A stretch of DNA of 37,456 nt from Macrostomum lignano (lineage: Eukaryota). The stretch is from the NCBI GenBank assembly GCA_002269645.1, contig NIVC01000351.1, forward strand, positions 1-37,456, written 5' to 3'. The position numbers and the translations under genes are program-made. Every line of letters begins with the position of its first letter. Position 1 is the first letter of the stretch. Below the pieces are notes generated by a model. It saw nothing but the letters and a program-made list of their open reading frames with translations, was not told where the DNA came from and ran no database searches. Positions 13,047-21,737 of this stretch are shown here, piece after piece.

Positions 13047-13770
13047 TGATTCGATGGCGTCTTTGAAAACAAAAATCGATGTTTATGCTTCCATTAAAAT
13101 TAAAGTATTATGAGTAGTAGGACTAGGAGTAGTAGGATTAGGAGCAGTATCAAAACATGTAAAATTGCAAAAACACAGACAAAAATAACAAAAAGGACAG
13201 AATACAGACTTTATATAAAATAATATAATGAAATAGGTTACTCAAATGTATGTTGGTGTATGAGTGTGAATTCGACTTCGACAGGGAAACAAAATGCAGC
13301 TTCTTTGAAAATTGATTTTTTAATTTATATGTGCACGATAACTTACGTAATTTTCAAATCCGTCGGGTTATATGGTCAACTATATCTATCAGACTGGAGA
13401 GCTTGTCTTTAATGCATTATCTTTTAGTGCATTCAAATTATATAGTTTGATGATAAATATACAATAATTTTTCATAGAAATGGATAGATTCGAGCAAACA
13501 CGCATCGTGAATATTATCCGACGAAGTTAAAACGCAATAATAATAATAGACATCTCAAAGCTGTACGTACATGTGCCTGTGAAAACCGTGAGAAGGGAAA
13601 TTCGAACCAATGTTAATTATATACATGATTGATTTTTTGCTGAAAATGCTGTTGCGAGTTACTGGCGCCCTACTAGACAAACTAGACAAACAGTCTTTGC
13701 AGTCTTAATTTATTTGCGGTAAAGTTGCGCGTCTCAGAAAAAGTAGAATTAAGAAGGTGAGCGCTATCAT

Positions 13771-13822
13771 TTTTTATGCGACATGTTTCGCCTCGCGTCA
13801 GGCATCGTCAGGCTCTTAAAAT
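13771..13822 (-). ncRNA. Minimal type I hammerhead ribozyme in the PLE 3' pseudo-LTR
   Basis: Minus strand reads TTTTAAGAGC-CTGACGA-T-GCCT-GACGCG-AGGC-GAAA-CAT-GTC-GCATAAAA: core boxes, stem II GCCT/AGGC, palindromic ACATGT stem III, GUC cleavage triplet. Confidence 0.75.
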
Positions 13823-13957
13823 CAGTAACGATTTATTTGTTCATTTATATTTAACAATTAAGACTAAGAACGGGTCGATAAAAGTCAGAAATGTATGTAA
13901 ATTAACAGTAGATTGTACAGTCCGACGGAGCGCTCACAGAGTTGCAATGAGGGGAGA

Positions 13958-14023
<66 letters not shown>

Positions 14024-14677
14024 GAGTGAGATGAGCACAAGTGTACACCTAGAATACTCTAAGGAGGGCACTGGCACCGTGATTGGCAAGTTGCTTATTT
14101 AGGATTGGTCTACGCGATTTTATATACAGGGCTTCAAGCACTTTTAGTCTGTACTCATTTGAGCACGTATGGATGGTGGAAAAGTTTTTATCTATTTGGC
14201 TGTCACAGCATTCTTTGCATATCATCAGGTGGTCGTGCACGGCCGACATCTTTTGCCTATGTTCTCTACTTCTCACGTACAGGTGTCGGGTAGTTTCACC
14301 TATGTAGGTGATACTCTGGTCGCCAGAGCATTGAAATTGGTAAACGACACCTGCCCGTAAGGAGCTGGGAACGCGGCATTTCAAATTCTTAACAAAACGA
14401 CCGATTTTCTCGCAACGGAAAGTGACCATGAGCTTCACATTTAAATACTTATTAAACGCTCTGATGAGGTTCTTTTTAAAATGAACAGAAGAAGCAGGCC
14501 CATAGAAAGGAATGGAGATATGGGTGCAATCAATCCTCAGATCTTTCTGTTCTTTCTTATTCTGTCTATTGTTAGGATTCGCGAGTTTACCATCAATGAA
14601 TTTCCTAATGTGGTAATCGAGGAACCGTTTCGGGTAGTTGTTTTTTTCATATAAATCAACAAATAAATCGTTACTAA

Positions 14678-14728
14678 TTTTAAGAGCCTGACGATGCCTG
14701 ACGCGAGGCGAAACATGTCGCATAAAAA
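14678..14728 (+). ncRNA. Minimal type I hammerhead ribozyme in the inverted pseudo-LTR copy
   Basis: CTGACGA 14688-14694, GAAA 14710-14713, GTC 14717-14719; core identical to the minus-strand copy. Confidence 0.75.
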
Positions 14729-14755
14729 ATGATAGCGATCACCTTCTTAATTCTA

Positions 14756-14883
14756 ATTTATTTGCAGTCTTAATTTATTTGCAGTCTTAATTTATTTGCA
14801 GTCTTAATTTATTTGCAGTCTTAATTTATTTGCAGTCTTAATTTATTTGCAGTCTTAATTTATTTGCAGTCTTAATTTATTTG
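14756..14883. repeat. 17-bp tandem array (GCAGTCTTAATTTATTT) x7 at the PLE/LINE junction
   Basis: GCAGTC starts at 14764, 14781, 14798, 14815, 14832, 14849, 14866. Confidence 0.95.
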
Positions 14884-17054
14884 TACCACGGTGCAGATAA
14901 ATGCTGCTACCTCCTCGTGGTCAGAGCGGAGAGCCGCACTTAACTGCTGCGGCGGCCAAATGCGGCAGGACCTGCTTTGCCAGCGCCTTTAACACCGCGC
15001 TGGGCGAGAATCGTGGAAGTGCCGAGTATGCGGAAGTGTGCGCTGCAGTCAGAACCGCCTCGGAGCAAGCAGTCCCGATGATGCAACCGGCTCAACGTGG
15101 GCAGCCGGTCTGGCAGGACGACCCTGCGATTCAGGCAGCGAGGGAAGATCTGGAGAGGCTCCGCTTGAGCAGGCGACCAACCCGCGAGGCAGAGGCAGCT
15201 CTGGCGGCTGTCTACCTGCAGCGCCAACAAGCGGCTGTCGATGACGCCATTCAGGCTGTCTCTGCCGCTGGGCCCGATGCCAGAGGGCACGTGGCCTGGT
15301 CCGCCATCAACTCTCTGACGGGGCGAAAGCGGCGCAATCCGCTGAACCTGGCTGGTGACACTCCGGACGAGTGCAGGAACGAGCCGCGCGAGTTCTTCGC
15401 CGCCATCGTTAACGCGCCGCCACCCCCGCTGTCAGACAGTCTGACGCTGCCGCCGGAGACGCCGTTGCCGGCAGAGAAGAGTTTCAGCGTAGCCCCAGTC
15501 AACGCAGCCGACGTTGTCAAGCTCGCCCAGCAGTCACCGGGCGGGAAAGCGCTGGGTCCGGACGAGGTGCCCATCGAGGCGCTGCGCATCCCCTGTGTGG
15601 CCGCTGAGGTCGCCAGAGTGATGAACCGCGTGCTCTTCGGTGAGGCGGCGCCCAACGAATGGACCACGGCGCACATCGTCGCTGTTCCAAAGAAGCCGGG
15701 CACCACTATGCTTGAAGACCATCGAGGCATCTGCCTTCAGTTCTGTGCAGCGAAGCTGTTCAACCGGATGCTGCTTTCGCGGTTGCAGCCTGTGCTGGAT
15801 CCGTACCTGCGCCCAGAGCAGAACGGGTTCCGGCCCCATCGCGGCACAGTGGCGCAGATCCTGGCTCTTCGCCGAGTCATCGAGGAGGCGCAGATTCGCC
15901 AGTCGCTCCTGATTCTAATCTTTATAGATTTCAAGAAGGCTTTCGACTCGGTTGTCAGAGCCGTGCTTCCAATGGTGCTCCGCGCGTACAACGTGCCTGA
16001 GCAGCTGATCTCCGCCATCATGGCGATGTACCGTGATACGAAAGCTGCTGTGACAACACCGGACGGCCTATCGGACTCCTTTGAGACATCCTCCGGAGTA
16101 CTTCAGGGAGATACGCTGGCGCCGTTCCTGTTCGTCCTGGTGCTTGACTGGGTGCTGCGGACTGCTCTTCCTACCGACGACGACGGCTTTCTGCTGCGGC
16201 GACGCATAGGTTGACGTCAACCGGAGAAGCGGCTCAGCGTGCTTGGCTACGCCGACGACCTCGCCCTGCTGTCCTCGACCATCGAGGGCGCCCAACGGCA
16301 GCTGGACAGGCTAGTTGTCGTTGCGGCGAGCGTCGGCCTGGTGGTCAACACGCAGAAGACCGTTGTGCTCTGCGTGCCGGACGACACCGAGGCTGCAATA
16401 TTCTGCCGAGGCGCTGACGGGCAGTCGACCGAACTCCCGCGATGTCAGCAGTTCGTCTACCTCGGCGGTCTGGTTCCAGACGCTCGCGAGGACCTGCGAC
16501 GCCGCCGCGGGCTTGCCTGGGCTCCTTTTTGTTCTGTGAGGGCAGTCCTGCAGTCCGAGGCCCTACCGGACCGCCAGAGGGCGGCGCTGTTCCAGGCGGT
16601 AATCGAGACCGTCCTGCTGTACAACGCCGAGACCTGGACGCTGACGGACTCACTCGAACAGCAAGTCGATGCGGCGCACGCTGGCCTGCTGCGCGCCGCC
16701 TTCAACATCGGCGTCGAGCGGGTCACCAACGCGGCACTCTATCGCCGCGCTGGCCTGCCACGTCCAAGTGATCTACTGCGCCGTCGGGGACTCCAGCTAG
16801 CAGGCCATCTCATCCGCGCCGAGTCGTACTGCCCACAGCCGGTGCAGGAGGTGCTGCTGCTCACGCTGCAGGCACCCTACCGGCGAGGTCAAGCGCGAAC
16901 TCGGCGTTATGTCCACTGTCTGCTGGCTGACGCCGGCGCCCCAGACACTGCCGGTGGCGCGGCCTTTGTTCGCGCCCAAGCCATGAAGCGCGCCCTGTGA
17001 CGCTGACTTTTGCCATCTTGACAGCGTATTTTGTTTTTTTTGTTGTTGTTGTTG
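14884..17054 (+). mobile_element. 5'-truncated non-LTR retrotransposon (RTE-like) reverse transcriptase with one premature TGA at 16212-16214; T-rich/(TTG)n tail
   Basis: RT motifs KALGPDEVP, VPKKPG, EQNGFRPHRG, FIDFKKAFDSV, GVLQGDTLAPFLF, YADDL, YLGG and LAGHLIR. ORFs 14901..16214 and 16239..17000 share one frame; no endonuclease domain seen. The clade assignment is inference. Confidence 0.9.
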
Positions 17055-18546
17055 TAGACAAACAACAACAAAGCGACAAATAACACGTACGTACAATTCG
17101 CGTAAGCTATTGCTCTCATTACAACAGCGTCAATCTATCGATGGATTCTAAATTCTCTGCATAATTCTTCCATTTTTTATACAACCCCGAGGCAGACTCC
17201 TGAAAGAAATTTACAGCTGTATGGGCAAGGACTTCTAGACTAAGTCTAGCTAAGTCTAGAAGTCCTTGTGTATGGGTTGCACATTCACTATATTCCATTA
17301 AGGACATGCATGTACATGTACGACTTAAGTATTTTAAGCGTAGCTACCATAAGGACGACTTAATTACCATATTATCGTATATTATCAATTTAAGTATAGT
17401 CATTCATATTTGCATGTGCTTAAGTCGCCCTCGATTAATCCATGTCACATTTACAGGTTATATATGATTAGGCTAGTTGGGTTAAAAATCCGTAATGTGT
17501 GTAATTGCTGTTGAATAGTTATCCCAATACAGGTAATTAAAAAATTCAAAAGTAAATTAAGACTAGAATGATAACGCAAACCATTTAACGCAGACTAAAG
17601 CTACATTTTTAAATACATGAAAGTCAAATTTCAAACCTAAAATTTTTCTAGTGGGATAAAGATAAAGTCGTAAGAATAAATGAACGCTGTATTTTTATTT
17701 TCATGCAAGCAAGATCCAACTCAATATTGTTTAAGATATACTCGTCATCAATTAGATGAATCAATTTTTCCGCGTGCGACTAGCGGTCGCTGACCGGTCA
17801 TGCAAGCCGAACTGCTTCAACTCGTCCAGATCACGATCCAGTTTGCGCTCCATTTCTTCAACCTGCAGTTGCAGCCGACGGAACTCTCGGATCCGGCGAG
17901 GCTGTTGGCGCCGCGTCCGTCGTCAAGAGCAGCCGTTGCGGATGCATTCGTCTGTCGCGTGCGCCCAGTCTCGGTACTGACGACATTCGACGATCCAGAC
18001 GTCATTCCGCAATGCTCTTTTGGCAGTAAGTCCCACAGTGCTTTTGCTAATATATACTCGTAACCATGTAGATGTTGAAATATAGGCAGCGATAGTTGTA
18101 TTTATATATCAACAAGGGATGAGTTTGCTCAGCATTTAGCATCGCTGCTATAGTCAGGGCTGAATCATAATGGTTGAGTAAATACGCTTAGTTTAACTGC
18201 ACTGCAGGTGCGCACATCATTTGAATTGACATTTCGTGCTTAAAGCTGCATATGAACAATGAGACTTTAATGTTCTATTAAATAATCAAATATAGTTATA
18301 GAACTAGCTTCAGCTGAAGCATGAGGCTTAGCAGAATAAATCATTTCTTAGCTTGCGCTTCACTATACTGTACTACGAGTACCTCTGAACAAATTTATGG
18401 ATTTTAAGCTTTTAACGAGATGCGCCAAAACCAAAACCATGTACCTGCAGGGGCGTTTGACAAGGCGTTGGCCAAAATTATAGACTGCAGCCCCCCCCCC
18501 TAATGGGCTGGCAATATGCATGGTTACCTGGCCTTGCAGTAGCTGG

Positions 18547-18843
18547 CGCGCTTGGTGCTGGCGCCCCTGGTGCTGGCGCCCCTGGTGCTGGCGCCCCTGG
18601 TGCTGGGGCCCCTGGTGCTGGCGCCCCTGGTGCTGGGGCCCCTGGTGCTGGCGCCCCTGGTGCTAAAGCCCCTGGTGCTGGCGCCCCTGGTGCTGGGGCC
18701 CCTGGTGCTGGCGCCACTGGTGCTAAAGCCCCTGGTGCTAAAGCCCCTGGTGCTGGGGCCCCTGGTGCTGGCGCCCCTGGTGCTAAAGCCCCTGGTGCTA
18801 AAGCCCCTGGTGCTAAAGCCCCTGGTGCTAAAGCCCCTGGTGC
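18547..18843. repeat. 15-bp array (GGCGCCCCTGGTGCT / AAAGCCCCTGGTGCT); same family as the 8410-8700 array in opposite orientation
   Basis: Reverse complement AGCACCAGGGGCTTT matches the 8.4-8.7 kb unit; preceded by CAGGGGCGT near 18448. Confidence 0.9.
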
Positions 18844-21264
18844 TGTTAAATGTACGCTATAGTAATGGAGCCTTGTGGATACTGATGAGGACGCACTTTT
18901 TTCCAAATTTCCCGCTTGCACATGGGTTCCAAACTTGCTAGCTTACTAACAGCAGGCTGTGGGCGTTTTTCTCCTTCTTTTGTAATTTTTCTCGAATTCA
19001 TACTAGTAGGACTTCTGTAGCTATATTAATCTGCCATACTTGTAGTAATAATAACATAGGCGCGGTTTTTGGCTGCTTTTGGGTCATAAATCATTTCGTC
19101 TGAGCTGGTCTGACAGCCACCTGCGCCTCACTCAGTGTTGAGACTGGCGCCAGATGGTCTGAGAGGATGCGGGCGGTAGCTTTTTTCTCATCATTTTGAC
19201 AGGCCATCAAGATTTATGAGGTCAGGGCCTATTGTTCGGGTTCACTCAAGCGTGTGACAGCTTTGACAGCTATGCGTTTTACCCCTAAAAGTACGTTGGG
19301 ATTAGCGATTAGCGATTTCTCTTCATTACCTTCACTTTCTACTTAAATAAGAGCTTTCTAATGTATATTTTTTCATTAATTTCTGTCAATCCTACGCGAA
19401 AGGTCATAAATCATTTTGTTGCGATTTTGATTGATTTATGGCCGAACATGTCATATTTTTACGACCCCGAGGGAACTGATAGGATGTCCCGGTCACGTGA
19501 CTTTGGGTGGCAACAAGCTCAGCCAATCAGAAAATTAGACGCTCATTTTAACAAATCGGCTCAGCCAATCAGAATCGACGTGTTCCATTATAACAAACTG
19601 CGGTTACAGCTGCGAAGAACTAAGCCGATTCGGTCACTGTGGATTACCTGGTCTCCGGCTGTTGAGTTTCTGATTGGTTGGGTGAGAGGCTACTTAGACT
19701 TGCTTGATTGGGTGATCCCTTATCTGTCCCCTGTTTCAGTAGCTGGATTAGGCGCACACTTTTGCTCATTTTGTTCAGTAGTGCTGTTACTGAGGCAGAA
19801 ATCATTCAATAATACTGCTAGTAGTCTGAAGCTCTAATTTAATCTGAGGTGTGAAGTGATTCAAGGAGAAGGTTAAATCTGACAGTTATTTTTATCGGTT
19901 TTATTTCTTTGTTCGCCGATGGCTCAGATGAGTGGCTAAGCTAGTAGGCGCCGGTCATAGTGGACCAATGGCAAGGCAGTTCTCAATCTATCAGGTCAGT
20001 GAGCAAAATTGCCAATAGTGCAATATAGGCGCTAGAGATGTACTCTGTGCACTCTGGATTCGCCAAGCGGCTCGGGTAATGAATCATGCGGTCTCTGATG
20101 TTCGAGTTAGCCTATCATCAGCGCTACGAGAGGCTAGTTGGCGCGTTGAAGGCCAAAAGTACAATTTCTCGTATTTAGCAATGTAATAGTACATGTAACT
20201 ACCCCATAGTCTCGCCACTGCAAGAATCCCCTGCACAATTCCCCTCTGTACCTGCATGGCCAATGCGATCTAGTCCCAGCAGTGTCCCTTAACATCAGCT
20301 ATGACTTCGAGATTGACAGCAAAAAGACACTGCACTAGTTGGCAGGTAAGTGCTAAGCCCCTTCTAGTCGGAAGCCCGATTTCGAAAATTCCGGTTTGGT
20401 GAGCCAGGACGCATGGGCTGGTGGCAGCGGGTTAGTTAATCTGCGGATTAGCTGATCTCTACTTTCAAAATTCTCCCTGCTTGTCTCTCGCTGTCCCTCT
20501 CTTAGCTATAGGACCTAGACTGCTCGCCACACGATCAAGCTACCATGGGGCTGACCATCTGATAGGAGTGGGGGGCCAGGACTCTAATTGATTTATTTCT
20601 GAGACCTGAGGCCCGAAGGCTTCCCGAAAGGGGACGAAAGGTCGAAACCCATCAATACTATGGATACCCCCACCCCATGCTCCTGGGCTGTGTGCCTGGA
20701 TTCTGTGGAAGAGGTCAGACGTCAGCGCCGTTCCTGGTACATGTAAATGTAAATTTCCAAAGTGAGGCAATCCAAAAGGTTTCTATACTGAATAAAATAA
20801 GGAAGCGCATGTGGCGTCATGTGTTGAATCTATAACCTTTACTTACAAAGCCTCATCCCAGCTCCTGCATGTGCTGTAAATATAAATGTAAAAATAACCA
20901 ATGAAATACTTATATGAAAACGGTACTGTGCAAGCAAAAAGTGAGAAAAGTTCTCGTGTCTGTTTTACTTCGAATAAAACGCTTCAACTGTGTGAGCAAC
21001 AAAAAAAATTTTGAGCAAGGCGCTTCTAAAACAATGAAAGCGAATAGGTGCCAGTGTTAAAGCGAATTTATCTAGCTTAGCGTTAAAAATGAGAAAACTC
21101 TGGTTATAAAAAGTGAAAGTTCTAAAGAAAGTTTGAGCAATCAGCTAACGAAGCGTCGTTGTGATGGAAGAAAATTATACAAAGGCAGTTTCAGCTGTTT
21201 AGGCAAAAAGATGTCGGCACTGTCAATGCGAGCTTAAGTAAACAGTGAGTGGCTGATCAGTTTG

Positions 21265-21737
21265 TTAAAACAGGCTGAACTCTCGATTCGTGACGTGCAT
21301 CTTGTTGACGAAGCTGAAATGCAGAAAAAATTAGTAGAATTTAATAAAAAATCAGACCACTGTTATTAACTCGAGTACAGATATAGCCATATAAATTATT
21401 TCCAAAAATGCAAACCATGATTTATTACAGTTATGAAATTCTTACTCTGTCATCTCGCTGTTGATAATGGGATACCGTTTAACCTGGGACCAGGGCAGGT
21501 TCTGATGCACTGGGCTGAAGGCGTCCCAGGACCCAATGTCCTTTGATGTGGTTGCGGGCGTCTTGTACTCCACGACTGGGTAGACTGCAGAAAAATTTCA
21601 TCAGAAAATTTTTGTAACTATTATTTATACGAAAACAGAAGCAAGGCTTAGGTTAAATTTAAATAACTCATGAATGACAAACCTGATGGATCGTAGTTCA
21701 AATTTAGACTCGACTGTTTCTTCAATTTCGAAGCCAT
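21265..21737 (-). CDS. Small TEX49/SPMIP11-like (microtubule-inner-protein-like) ORF, 80 aa; exons complement(21737-21683, 21584-21446, 21313-21265)
   Basis: Canonical splice sites give MASKLKKQSSLNLNYDPSVYPVVEYKTPATTSKDIGSWDAFSPVHQNLPWSQVKRYPIINSEMTDFVNKMHVTNREFSLF*. The similarity to the TEX49 C-terminus (PW..PR..IKSAMTRF...DRTFSLY) is recalled from memory. Confidence 0.65.

Larger units (their letters stand above)
13744..14755 (-). mobile_element. 5'-truncated Penelope-like retroelement: GIY-YIG endonuclease region, 3' UTR with (GA)n, and inverted pseudo-LTR copies
   Basis: ORF 14049..14723(-) contains VVYQFQC...TYIGETTRHLYVRSREH...SAVHDH...LEALYIKSRRPILNKQ, typical of the PLE GIY-YIG domain. 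13744-13850 and 14649-14755 form a 107-bp inverted repeat with 3 mismatches. Confidence 0.88.

Noticed and set aside
13776-14102. ORF MRHVSPRVRHRQALK...ERERER as a gene, and the same N-terminus on the PLE ORF
   Set aside because: The shared N-terminus is the antisense reading of the pseudo-LTR inverted repeat, and the rest is (GA)n
6875-17925. Alternative genetic code (TGA as sense) suggested by three in-frame TGAs
   Set aside because: TGA is the normal terminator of well-supported genes here (3640, 9064, 37200)
19060-19230. Possible small MITE (TCATAAATC...GATTTATGA inverted motif)
   Set aside because: Only a 9-bp inverted match with poorly matching ends and no TSD
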